DNA of 63,080 nt, counting the filler. It is 4 parts of 4 records of this genome, joined end to end, with 100 filler letters (N's around TTAATTAATTAA, not from the genome) between each part and the next. Parts side by side here need not be neighbours in the genome. Positions count along the whole stretch, not along the records: positions 37,670 to 56,412 come from SRR31156797_1520; positions 56,513 to 63,080 come from SRR31156797_1532; 2 more parts are not named here. One strand, given 5' to 3'. The translations under genes were made by a program, and so were the position numbers. Position 1 is the stretch's first letter, and each line of letters opens with the position of its first letter. Positions 48,669-58,119 of this stretch are shown here, one piece after another. A model generated the notes under the pieces. That model did no database searches and had not been told where the DNA came from. It worked only from the letters and a program-made list of their open reading frames with translations.

Positions 48669-50117
48669 CTACCCTACACTTCCTTCCAGACTAATTTGTA
48701 ATAATTTTTGTGCTTCAACAGCAAATTCCATTGGTAGCTGATTGATGACTTCTTTTACATATCCGTTTACAATCAGGCCAACAGCATCTTCCGTTGATAA
48801 ACCTCTGGTATTACAATAGAATATCTGATCTTCTCCAATTTTGGATGTAGTGGCTTCGTGTTCAACCACTGCACTGTTGTTGTTTATTTCCAGATATGGG
48901 AAAGTATGCGCTCCACATTTATCTCCCATTAACAGTGAATCACATTGAGAGAAGTTACGTGCATTTTCTGCTTTTTTATTCACTCTCACCAAACCACGAT
49001 AACTGTTTTGGCTTTTTCCTGCTGATACCCCTTTAGAAACAATCAGGCTTCGGGTATTTTTACCAATGTGAATCATTTTTGTTCCAGTATCTGCTTGCTG
49101 GTAGTTATTGGTAACGGCTACCGAATAAAACTCACCTACAGAATGGTCTCCCATTAAAACGCAACTTGGATACTTCCAGGTAATGGCAGACCCGGTTTCC
49201 ACCTGTGTCCACATTACTTTAGAATAATCTCCTTTACAAACAGCTCTTTTGGTTACAAAGTTGTAAATACCACCTTTCCCTTCTTTATCACCAGGATACC
49301 AGTTTTGAACTGTAGAGTATTTTACTTCTGCACGTTCCATGGCTACAATTTCTACAATAGCAGCATGTAACTGGTTTTCGTCTCTTTGTGGAGCTGTACA
49401 GCCTTCCAGGTAGCTAACGTAGCTGTCGTCATCCGCTACAATTAATGTTCTTTCGAACTGACCTGTATTTACAGCGTTAATCCTAAAGTAAGTAGATAGT
49501 TCAATCGGACATTTCACTCCTTTAGGGATATAAACGAATGAGCCATCACTAAATACAGCACAGTTTAAAGCTGCAAAATAGTTGTCGGTGTAAGGCACTA
49601 CAGAACCCATGTATTTTTTAATCAAATCAGGATATTCCTGTACCGCTTCACTGAAGCTGCAAAAAATAATTCCCTTTTCAGCTAATGTTTCTTTAAAGGT
49701 AGTCTTTACCGATACGCTATCCATTACGGCATCAACTGCTACGCCAGCCAATACTTTTTGTTCTTCCAGCGGAATGCCCAACTTATCAAATGTTGCCTTT
49801 AGTTCAGGATCAACATCGTCCATGCTTTCCAGTTGCGGCTTTTGCTTTGGGGCAGCGTAATAAATAATATCCTGAAAATCTATTTCAGGGATATTTAATT
49901 TAGCCCAGTCCGGTGACTTCATACTTTTCCAGTGCTCAAATGCTTTGAGACGGAATTCAAGCATCCAATCCGGTTCGTTCTTCTTTGCAGATATTAAACG
50001 GACAACCCCCTCATCCAATCCCTTGGGAATAGTCTCAGTTTCAATATCTGTGGAGAAACCGTATTTGTACTCATTACCGGTTACTTCTTCTAATATCTTA
50101 TCTTGATTTTCTGCCAT
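48669..50117 (-). CDS. sufB: Fe-S cluster assembly protein SufB
   Basis: [46 protein letters not shown]. Confidence 0.96.
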   Translation of the reverse strand: MAENQDKILEEVTGNEYKYGFSTDIETETIPKGLDEGVVRLISAKKNEPDWMLEFRLKAFEHWKSMKSPDWAKLNIPEIDFQDIIYYAAPKQKPQLESMDDVDPELKATFDKLGIPLEEQKVLAGVAVDAVMDSVSVKTTFKETLAEKGIIFCSFSEAVQEYPDLIKKYMGSVVPYTDNYFAALNCAVFSDGSFVYIPKGVKCPIELSTYFRINAVNTGQFERTLIVADDDSYVSYLEGCTAPQRDENQLHAAIVEIVAMERAEVKYSTVQNWYPGDKEGKGGIYNFVTKRAVCKGDYSKVMWTQVETGSAITWKYPSCVLMGDHSVGEFYSVAVTNNYQQADTGTKMIHIGKNTRSLIVSKGVSAGKSQNSYRGLVRVNKKAENARNFSQCDSLLMGDKCGAHTFPYLEINNNSAVVEHEATTSKIGEDQIFYCNTRGLSTEDAVGLIVNGYVKEVINQLPMEFAVEAQKLLQISLEGSVG

Positions 50118-50214
50118 AATCTACTCCATATTGTTTATCCGTTAACAACTTAAAAATACTAAGGTTCATTACCTTTTGTTATGTTGAATAAAATTCTTAA
50201 ACCGTTAGAAGCTG

Positions 50215-50263
50215 CAAAATTAACAAACTATTTAGATTAAATAAAATTAAGCCTTTCTAAATA
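50215..50263 (-). promoter_or_regulatory. sufB promoter -7 box with adjacent Fur-box-like AT-rich site
   Basis: TAATTTTG on the minus strand (50215-50222); ATTTAGATTAAATAAAATT at 50230-50248 and inverted TATTTAGA...TCTAAATA ends. Confidence 0.5.
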
Positions 50264-50765
50264 AGACGTGGCTCATTGCAGTTGTGAATCAACAATATAT
50301 GTTGATTGATGACAGCCCTGAAAAAATAACAGATATAATTTATCTGTATTTTGGGGGGTTTATTGAGTGGTTAGGAAAGAAGGTGGTTAAATTACTGTTT
50401 GTTCTAATTTCAGGGTGTTTAATTTTAAATTGTTTGTTAATATCGTGTCTGAGGTTTTGAATTGAAAGTAAAAGTAGGTAAAATAATAGTAAAATGTAAA
50501 TATTTATCCTTGATGTCCGTCAGTTTTAGATTTTTTTAAGAAAATAGCGTTCTAATACTAAAAAGTTATATCTGTTGTTATTGTGTATCAATTCAGATGT
50601 TTATGCACGTGTTTGTTCTTACTTCAAAAAAAAGTTTTAGTTGAATCTTTTATAAACTTTAAAACTTTGGAAAAGGGATCGTCTGTTATAACAAGAAGAA
50701 ATAGGTCAATTTGCAGTGCTCGATAGTTTGTCATTTTTTATATTTTTATCGGCAATTGAATTTTT

Positions 50766-51350
50766 ATGATATCCGTCTTTTCTAAAAATAAAATAGCTTC
50801 AGACGAGGCTTTAATTCAAAAATATCAGATTACCAATAATTTGGATGTGCTGGGTGATTTATACAATCGCTATATTGATTTGGTATTCGGAGTTTGTTTA
50901 AAGTATCTTAAGAATAAAGATGATGCACAAGATGCCGTTATTCAGATTTTTGAAAAGATTGTTGTGGCCTTAAAGGATGCGGAAGTGGATAATTTTAAGC
51001 CTTGGTTGTATGTGGTAGCTAAAAACTATTGTCTGATGCAGCTTAGAAAACTGAAGCATAATGAAGTTTCTGTGGATGATGATCTTTTTAAAGCAGAAAG
51101 ATTTGTGGAATTAGGAGAAGAAATGCATCCTATAGATAAAGAGGATAAAGACAAGAATGAAGAGGCTTTAAAAGATTGTATTGATAAGCTAAAAGTTTTG
51201 CAAAAAGAAAGTATAGAACTTTTTTACTTTAAGAAGTTAAGTTATCAGGAAATTTCTGATAAAATGAATGTTGACATTAAAAAAGTGAAGAGTTATATTC
51301 AAAATGCCAAGCGAAATTTAAAAATGTGTTTAGAACGCCATGCGCAATAA
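50766..51350 (+). CDS. ECF-type RNA polymerase sigma-70 factor
   Basis: DAQDAVIQIF, FKPWLYVVAKN, LSYQEIS..M....VKSYIQNAKRNL. Confidence 0.92.
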   Translation: MISVFSKNKIASDEALIQKYQITNNLDVLGDLYNRYIDLVFGVCLKYLKNKDDAQDAVIQIFEKIVVALKDAEVDNFKPWLYVVAKNYCLMQLRKLKHNEVSVDDDLFKAERFVELGEEMHPIDKEDKDKNEEALKDCIDKLKVLQKESIELFYFKKLSYQEISDKMNVDIKKVKSYIQNAKRNLKMCLERHAQ

Positions 51351-52692
51351 GGATGAAAATATGCTGGAAATTATCAGGTATTTGAACAATCAAATGTCTG
51401 ATCAGGATCGGTATGCCTTTGAGCGAAAAATGCAGGTAGATCCTTTTTTAGCCGATGCAGTTGAGGGATATGAGCAATTGGGCGTGGATGAAATGAAGAA
51501 GGAATTGGCTACGCTTACAACAAGGTTCCAAGGGCGACATAGAAAGATAATTCCGGTTTGGCTGAGAGTGGCGGCAGGTATTGCTCTGTTATTGGGAGTA
51601 GGCTCCTTATTTTTAATTACGTCAGATAGTGAAAAGCACGAATACCTGAGTCAGCAAACAGAAATACCGGTTGAGAGAGTTGAGGAAAACAAAGAGCCTG
51701 AAGTTTCGAATTTGAACTTATCAGAAAACGCAGAGCTTGAATTGACAAAGGAAATAAACGAAGTGTTGTCTGATGAAGAAAAGGTAGTTATAGAAAAAGG
51801 AGAGGAAGAACTAAGTGAGGTAGAAAGTAGACAATTTGCTGTGGCTAAGATGCAAAAGTCAGATAGTGGTGTAAATATTCGATCTAATCAACAAGTAGAC
51901 TTGTCATTAAAATATAATGGAAATGCAGTAGGAGCAGAAAAACCTTTGTATGGAAAATTAACCCCTCCCAAGACTGTAGATGGAAGTGGTACGGGTGAAG
52001 TGATGGAGATAAACATAAGAGGAATGGAGTCCAAACAAAGAGATACGGCCTGGATTGCATTCAGAGGTAGGGTGGTGGATGCGAATGGCATGCCGCTATC
52101 TGGTGCTCAGGTATCACATTCAAAAATAAGTCAGCTAAATCATTCACAAAATCAAAAGCAAAGTGCCATCCTGACAGATAATGAGGGTAATTTTGAAATT
52201 GAGGCACCAAAGCAAGGTGCTGTGTTGGAAATATCCAGTGTTGGATTTAAAGATAAACTGGCTATATCGAAGATTGATAGTATGGGAGATGTGATTTTAG
52301 AAGAAGAGGTCTATGCCTTGAATGAGCAAGCAGAAATCAACGATGCTGATGGTCAATATCAGGCCAAAAATAGTAAGGCTAAAAGAAGTGAGATAGCTAC
52401 AAGTAATCAAGCTACTCCTAAGATTGGGATTGAAAAACTTGTGAAAAGATTAGAAAGGGAATTTCAATATCCAGATGTAAGTAAGAAATCGCTTGTAACT
52501 ATAAAACTGGAAGTATTTGTTCATCCTGATGGAGCAGTGGATAGTGTTAAATGGGAGCAAGAGTGGGATGCTGAATTAACACGAAGAATTAATCTTTATT
52601 TAAGTCAACAAGAGTGGCAGGTGGGCACTATAAATGAAATGCCTGTTAAGAGTTCTTGTCTTCTGACATTTCAGCTTAAGGGTGATCGATAA
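51340..52692 (+). CDS. Probable membrane anti-sigma factor with carboxypeptidase-regulatory-like and TonB-C-like domains
   Basis: N-terminal FERKMQVDPFLADAVEG, one TM, GRVVDANGMPLSGAQV...TDNEGNF..SSVGF, C-terminal FVHPDGAV; overlaps the sigma gene. Confidence 0.65.
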   Translation: MRNKDENMLEIIRYLNNQMSDQDRYAFERKMQVDPFLADAVEGYEQLGVDEMKKELATLTTRFQGRHRKIIPVWLRVAAGIALLLGVGSLFLITSDSEKHEYLSQQTEIPVERVEENKEPEVSNLNLSENAELELTKEINEVLSDEEKVVIEKGEEELSEVESRQFAVAKMQKSDSGVNIRSNQQVDLSLKYNGNAVGAEKPLYGKLTPPKTVDGSGTGEVMEINIRGMESKQRDTAWIAFRGRVVDANGMPLSGAQVSHSKISQLNHSQNQKQSAILTDNEGNFEIEAPKQGAVLEISSVGFKDKLAISKIDSMGDVILEEEVYALNEQAEINDADGQYQAKNSKAKRSEIATSNQATPKIGIEKLVKRLEREFQYPDVSKKSLVTIKLEVFVHPDGAVDSVKWEQEWDAELTRRINLYLSQQEWQVGTINEMPVKSSCLLTFQLKGDR

Positions 52693-52753
52693 ATTGTAAA
52701 GGTTTAAAGGATAAAGGGAGAAAGGAGAATGGAACAGGGAGTTTATAATATAT

Positions 52754-52790
52754 AAAAAGAGGCAGTAAAAATTACTACCTCTCTTTTTTT
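52754..52790. terminator. Bidirectional terminator between convergent genes
   Basis: AAAAAGAGGCAGTAA...TTACTACCTCTCTTTTTT. Confidence 0.65.
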
Positions 52791-52798
52791 ATCTCGAA

Positions 52799-54022
52799 TT
52801 ATTCTTCAATGTTATAGCCAAATTCTTTTAAGTGATCCCAGTATTTCGGATATGATTTAGAAACAACTGCCGGATCATCTACTTTTACATGGTCAATGGC
52901 AGAAACGGCAGGAGCAAAGGCCATAGCCATTCTGTGATCTTTATAGGTAGCAATGCAAGGCGTTTCATCTTTTTCGCATGTTTCACCATTCCAGCTTAAG
53001 TCATCCACCTGATTAGATTGTAACACAAAACCCATTTTTTTCAACTCATCAATTAAGGCATTGATACGGTCTGTTTCCTTAATTTTTAGCGTTTGTAAAC
53101 CGGTAAATTGAAATGGAACGCCCAAGCAGCAGCATGTAACAGCAAAGGTTTGTGCTAAATCTGGTTGCTCAATAAAATTATAGGTGAATTTATTCACTGT
53201 TTTACCAGTGTGTTTTAATATCAATCCCTTATTCGTGAATTTATAGTCTACTCCAAGTTGTGTAAATAATTCAGCAACCTTGGCGTCTCCTTGTTCACTG
53301 TATCTTTTTACGCCTTGCAGGTTTAGCTCGCAACCTTTGTTAAGCGCTGCAATCTCAAACCAATATGAAGCTGCACTCCAGTCCGCTTCAACTGTAAAGT
53401 CGGTTGGCTCATATTTGCCTTCCGGTACAGAAATAACATTGCCGTTCCATTCGCTTTTGATGCCGAATGTTTCCATCATCTTTAAAGTAAGCAAAATGTA
53501 AGGGCGCGAAATTATTTCTCCTGTTAAGCTTAGTCTTAAGCCATTTTTCATAGTGGGGCCAATCATCAATAAAGCCGAAATGTACTGGCTACTAACGTCG
53601 CCGGCCAGCTCTAAATCGCCACCTTCTAAAGCGCTACCAAATATTTTTAATGGAGGATAACCTTCTTTTTCGATATATTCAATTTTAGCACCCAGTTTAT
53701 TTAGAGCTTCCACTAAAATTTTAATTGGACGTTGTTTCATTCTTTCAGAACCGGTAATGGTCCATTCGCCCACGATTTTAGATAGGAATGCAGTTAAAAA
53801 ACGCATGGTTGTACCTGCAGCTCCAATATCAAATGTACTGCTGTCAGAGTTTAATGCTTTTAGCATCAATTGTGTATCGTCGCTATCTGACAGGTTTTTG
53901 ATTGGTTTAGCGCTGTATGCCAGAGCATTTAAAATAAGTGCCCTGTTGCTTATACTTTTTGATGTAGGTAAGGCAACCGTATAGGTTTTATTTTCTTTAG
54001 GTGCTGAAACTGTATATTGCAT
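52799..54022 (-). CDS. aroA: 3-phosphoshikimate 1-carboxyvinyltransferase
   Basis: SKSISNR, AGTTMRF, SSQYISALL, KETDR, DHRMAMAF, KSYP. Confidence 0.95.
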   Translation of the reverse strand: MQYTVSAPKENKTYTVALPTSKSISNRALILNALAYSAKPIKNLSDSDDTQLMLKALNSDSSTFDIGAAGTTMRFLTAFLSKIVGEWTITGSERMKQRPIKILVEALNKLGAKIEYIEKEGYPPLKIFGSALEGGDLELAGDVSSQYISALLMIGPTMKNGLRLSLTGEIISRPYILLTLKMMETFGIKSEWNGNVISVPEGKYEPTDFTVEADWSAASYWFEIAALNKGCELNLQGVKRYSEQGDAKVAELFTQLGVDYKFTNKGLILKHTGKTVNKFTYNFIEQPDLAQTFAVTCCCLGVPFQFTGLQTLKIKETDRINALIDELKKMGFVLQSNQVDDLSWNGETCEKDETPCIATYKDHRMAMAFAPAVSAIDHVKVDDPAVVSKSYPKYWDHLKEFGYNIEE

Positions 54023-54049
54023 AATAACTAATTTCTGATGTAATATGAT

Positions 54050-55117
54050 TTACAGGTTTTTGTAGAAAGATAAAGCTTCAAAAATCTCTTCTTTTGTACA
54101 AGTCTGGTTAATCTTGATAGAACCAATATCTTCCAGTAAAGTGAAGTTAATTTGGTTTTTCTCGTTTTTCTTGTCGTGAGTCATTAAAAAATACAACTCG
54201 TCGAAATCCTTTTCTTCAAAAGAAAACGTTCCGTAAATAGATTTAATGATTTGGTTGATTTCTTCGATTTTGGCCATAGGAAAACCGCATTTTTTGTGTC
54301 CAAAATAAAGTTCTGCAATCATTCCATAAGCTACTGCATATCCGTGAAGTATCGGCTTATTGGCTTCCATGGCAAAGCTTTCGAAAGCATGACCGATGGT
54401 GTGTCCGAAATTTAATGATTTACGGATATTCTGTTCGGTAGGATCTTCCTTTACAAAGTGTTCTTTGATGTGAATGGAATTCACCACCAATGGTTTTAGG
54501 TTTTCTACCGAAGTGTTTTTGATATCGATATCTTTCAGCTCGTTCCAGGTGTCTTCGGAATAAATTAAAGCGTGTTTAATCATCTCTGCAAAACCTGAAG
54601 CAATGTTTTCTTTATCTTGAGTCGTAATAAAATCATTACAGACTAAAACGGCAGAAGCATGTTTAAATACCCCTATTTCGTTTTTAAAACCGTAAAAATT
54701 GATGCCAGTTTTACCACCTACACTAGCGTCAACCTGACTTAATAGAGTAGTAGGAACATTAATAAAGTCAATACCACGTTTGAACGTTGCTGCAGCAAAA
54801 CCTCCCAGGTCACAAGGCATTCCGCCGGCCAGATTCACAAGGATAGATTTTCTGTCAGCGCCATTAGTACTTAAAAAATGCCATACTTTGGAAATGCTTT
54901 CCAGATTTTTATTCTGATCACCTTGTTCAATCACGATGATATTGTCCTCATTAAGTTCAGGAAGGCCTTTTATTTTAGGGTAGCAGAATTCGTAAGAACC
55001 TTTATCAGCTAAAAAAAATACTTTTCCTCTGCTGTAAGTATTAATAAGTTCAGATAAGTCACTTTTTAAATCATCGGCACCATATACCTTTGATTCGCTA
55101 TCTTCAATAACCTGCAT
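54050..55117 (-). CDS. aroB: 3-dehydroquinate synthase
   Basis: DLGGFAAATFKRG, PTTLLSQVDASVGGKTGIN, LNFGHTIGHAFE, HDKKN. Confidence 0.95.
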   Translation of the reverse strand: MQVIEDSESKVYGADDLKSDLSELINTYSRGKVFFLADKGSYEFCYPKIKGLPELNEDNIIVIEQGDQNKNLESISKVWHFLSTNGADRKSILVNLAGGMPCDLGGFAAATFKRGIDFINVPTTLLSQVDASVGGKTGINFYGFKNEIGVFKHASAVLVCNDFITTQDKENIASGFAEMIKHALIYSEDTWNELKDIDIKNTSVENLKPLVVNSIHIKEHFVKEDPTEQNIRKSLNFGHTIGHAFESFAMEANKPILHGYAVAYGMIAELYFGHKKCGFPMAKIEEINQIIKSIYGTFSFEEKDFDELYFLMTHDKKNEKNQINFTLLEDIGSIKINQTCTKEEIFEALSFYKNL

Positions 55118-55511
55118 TAAATATTTGTATTTGCGTTAAATTTCTGAGCGCAAAAATAGTTAAAAAAGGCTGGCTGGATATATAATTGATACTAAAAAGT
55201 ATGAATACTTACTTATTTATTACAAAAAGATAGGTGCTGCTTAGAGTTTTTATTTGTTCTGCATGTTTGTGTCGATAGTTGGATTTGAAAAAGTAACCGT
55301 AAAATTACAGTTATACTTTATCTCAGGTAAAATGGGTGATACAGTAGAATTTTATGCTAGCTGAGCATTTTTATTTTAACCTATAAAACCAGCTTTTTGC
55401 GAACAACATACAAATAGTTAGTCTGAATGGGCATAAAAAGGTCAGATAATTTGTGTTTTTGGAAGTAAGATGACCAATAAGAGTGTTGAAAAGTAAGAAC
55501 TGTGATTTTTG

Positions 55512-55661
55512 TTCGAGTCTTCTTCGGGTCTTGTTCGCAAATCCTTCGCAAAGCTTCGATGGTTGTTCGATATGGCTTCGATAAAGCTTCGCTATAGGCT
55601 GCCGAATAAATAGCGAAGTGCTTTGGGAGAAAGTGAGGAGAGGGAGCGAAGTTGGGACGAA
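55512..55661. repeat. Helically phased TTCG / CGAA array (~11-bp period)
   Basis: TTCG at 55512, 55523, 55534, 55545, 55555, 55566, 55577, 55588; CGAA at 55603, 55614, 55647, 55658. Confidence 0.85.
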
Positions 55662-55771
55662 CATAAAGAGGTTGGGAGTGTAAAAAAAGAGACTGTCAAA
55701 ATTATAACAGTCCCTATTTTATAAAAAAATATTCTTCTTACCCAAGGTGAAGAATAATTTTCCGGAAAAAA

Positions 55772-56278
55772 TTATTGCGGAGTTGGGACGCAAGGCCCAA
55801 TTGCAATAGGTATCTGAGTAATCATAATGCCATTGCCTCTATCCAATAATTTTAATGCAGCCAAGCCAATGCCTAAACCAACCACAAGGGGTGCTGCTTC
55901 AGGGCCGCAAGCTGCTGTAATTGCTGTAACTAAGGCGCCAACGTCTTGAACATTTTCCATAATTGAATGGCTGATGTATAAACGATCACCATATGGGATG
56001 CCCCATTTTTTAAGTACGCTAAATTTGGTTACGCCTCCACTGGCTGCTTTAAGGGTTGTGGGTTCTGTTGATAAAGATGATAATTCAGCAATGACTGAAG
56101 GATCGTTGTTTAACAGGCCTCTAAGTTTAGATTTGGCAACTGCCTTATCAGTCTCTGCTACTTTTAGAGAGCTTAAGGTAGCATCAACGTCATTTTGGTT
56201 TAAAGCAAGTACTTTTTTTAATCCATCAACAATCATTTCAGGAGTTACTTCTGTTGTCATAGTTGGTGTAGTTGTCAT
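55772..56278 (-). CDS. Hypothetical protein with a hydrophobic Gly/Ala-rich C-terminal hairpin (bacteriocin-like)
   Basis: 168-aa ORF with an AT-rich Bacteroidota-type leader and downstream hairpins; GGVTKF..KWG..RLYISH...DRGNGI..PQ. Confidence 0.6.
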   Translation of the reverse strand: MTTTPTMTTEVTPEMIVDGLKKVLALNQNDVDATLSSLKVAETDKAVAKSKLRGLLNNDPSVIAELSSLSTEPTTLKAASGGVTKFSVLKKWGIPYGDRLYISHSIMENVQDVGALVTAITAACGPEAAPLVVGLGIGLAALKLLDRGNGIMITQIPIAIGPCVPTPQ

Positions 56279-56412
56279 TTTAAATAATTTTAAATGGTTA
56301 ATAAAAAATAGTCATAGTTTGACTTGTTTACTATATAAAAGTTAGGGGTGTATTTAAGTGAAGTCAATAGAATAATTGATTTATTTTCACTAGCCTCCGG
56401 AAGTCGTAATTT

Positions 56413-56512
56413 NNNNNNNNNNNNNNNNNNNNNNNNNNNNNNNNNNNNNNNNNNNNTTAATTAATTAANNNNNNNNNNNNNNNNNNNNNNNNNNNNNNNN
56501 NNNNNNNNNNNN
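56413..56512. other. Artificial contig linker
   Basis: N44-TTAATTAATTAA-N44; GC rises afterwards. Confidence 0.98.
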
Positions 56513-56611
56513 GACAAGGCTGCCCGCATCTATCTGGAACGGTGCGCGCGCTACATGGTGAAAGGTGTTCCCGAGGACTGGACCGGGGTGGAAGCCTTGA
56601 CCAAAAAATAG
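56513..56611 (+). CDS. 3' fragment of a probable adenylate/guanylate cyclase
   Basis: DKAARIYLERCARYMVKGVPEDWTGVEALTKK* resembles the C-terminal tail of class III cyclases. Confidence 0.55.
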   Translation, partial: DKAARIYLERCARYMVKGVPEDWTGVEALTKK

Positions 56612-56820
56612 TTCACGCTTTTGCCCTCGGGATTTGCGCTGTTTTCATCAGCTGTTTGTGTAGAGGCGATAATCAGACCTGGAATTCAATTTTTTGATAA
56701 CAGTCTTTATGTTCTGCTTGAATCGTTCAATGTTCGTTTTAGAGCGTAAGAATTCAGCTCACCAGCGATTGATTTTTCCAACATTTTGATCGAGGAAAAC
56801 TTGATCAAGTTCCGATATGG

Positions 56821-58119
56821 TCATTTCTCCGCTTTTGAAAAAGAGATTACTGCCCCATAAGCAGTAGCCACAGCAAGACCGGAACCGCATTTCATACGCA
56901 TCCAGTCCTGATGGCCCAGGATGGAACCTGCTGCAAAAAGATTAGGAAAATGGGGAACACCTGCTTTGTTCAGAGGGCGGAACGTATGATCTGTTTCAAG
57001 CCCGGCTTGGTTGATACGATGCCCCCTTGTATCCAAAAGGTCCTTTCGGTGCCACTCTTTTCGTTCTTTCGGCTGGAAAACCGGCAGATCAAAAAGGGCC
57101 TCTCGAATTCCTTTTCGGCTGGCCTGAAGCCCTCCGCCCAAAAAACGACCCGTGGCAAGGATCACTGCTTTGGCTTGAATCCGTTGGTCTCGTCTCTTGG
57201 TATCCAAATGAAGGGTGAAGTTTTTCTGGTCACTTCGGTCTACACTCAACACCTGTTCTTGAAGGAACATGCGAACCCCTTTTGCCTGTAGACCCTCCTC
57301 AAAAACCTCTTTGAGCCTTAAACCCGGCACTGACGGTGGAATGGTGGAAATTTCAAACATGGGAAGTCCCATCTCTTTTTCCAATTCGGACAAAATTTCA
57401 TGGGAATGGCGAAGCCCCAAAATGGAAGGGATTCCCACTACAACCGCATCCTTAATATGGGGCTTGATCGCTTGGAGGAGTTGTTGACGTGCTTCCCGCC
57501 TCTCCAAAACCCGTGCGGTAATCTCCCCGGCAAAAAATTCTCCACCGCCATGGTTTCCAGGAAATGAAATCCGGGCCGCCCGTAAACCCGGCCAGCGGTC
57601 TTTTTGTGTGGTCATGATCCGGCGGGCACTGAAATCCTTTAACCCCAAGAAGTCGATCAAAAGGGTGGGAAGCCTTTTTTCAAAGGCCTGCACACCATTC
57701 CACATGGTTTTGGGCACGCCATAGGTGGTTTTCACCGTTCCCAGTGAGGTGATTAACGTGGCATTTTGATCCCTGTGCCGGCAATAGGGAAGCCTGTTGT
57801 CTGTAAGAAAATCAAACAGTTCCTTGAAGGCGGCAAGGATGCTCTCTTTTTTCAGGTGGGCAAAGGGATGCATGGGAAGGTCGGTCGCCAACCGTTCCAT
57901 GGCGGCCCAGGGGTCTGTCCAGATTCTTTTCTCTTCCATGGGATGAACGCCCAGGAGGTCCAACAGGCCGCTGGAAAGAAGGATGCCTTTGGGGCGGCCG
58001 ATCTGAACTACCTTGAGTTCTCGATTGGCGGCAAAAAGGGCGGCCGCCATGCCGGCCATTCCTGTCCCGATGACCGCCAGATCACACGGTATGGTTTCTG
58101 AATGGGTCATGTGTTGCAT
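56821..58119 (-). CDS. glpB: Anaerobic glycerol-3-phosphate dehydrogenase subunit B
   Basis: VIGTGMAG, SSGLLDLLG, PPSVPGLRL, LATGRFLGGGL, KCGSGLAVATA. Confidence 0.9.
   Translation of the reverse strand: MQHMTHSETIPCDLAVIGTGMAGMAAALFAANRELKVVQIGRPKGILLSSGLLDLLGVHPMEEKRIWTDPWAAMERLATDLPMHPFAHLKKESILAAFKELFDFLTDNRLPYCRHRDQNATLITSLGTVKTTYGVPKTMWNGVQAFEKRLPTLLIDFLGLKDFSARRIMTTQKDRWPGLRAARISFPGNHGGGEFFAGEITARVLERREARQQLLQAIKPHIKDAVVVGIPSILGLRHSHEILSELEKEMGLPMFEISTIPPSVPGLRLKEVFEEGLQAKGVRMFLQEQVLSVDRSDQKNFTLHLDTKRRDQRIQAKAVILATGRFLGGGLQASRKGIREALFDLPVFQPKERKEWHRKDLLDTRGHRINQAGLETDHTFRPLNKAGVPHFPNLFAAGSILGHQDWMRMKCGSGLAVATAYGAVISFSKAEK

Noticed and set aside
55512-55661. CRISPR array interpretation of the periodic repeats (also 46290-46410)
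   Set aside because: Conserved units are 4-7 bp with no 25-45 bp repeats or unique spacers, and no cas genes.
55371-55664. 97-aa minus-strand ORF across the phased array
   Set aside because: No protein-like features; an 11-bp period does not fit codon structure, so the pattern is DNA-level.
56612-56820. AT-richer gap after glpB with a stop-interrupted protein-like frame on the minus strand
   Set aside because: No recognisable family, not glpC-like (no Cys clusters); too short to call a pseudogene.
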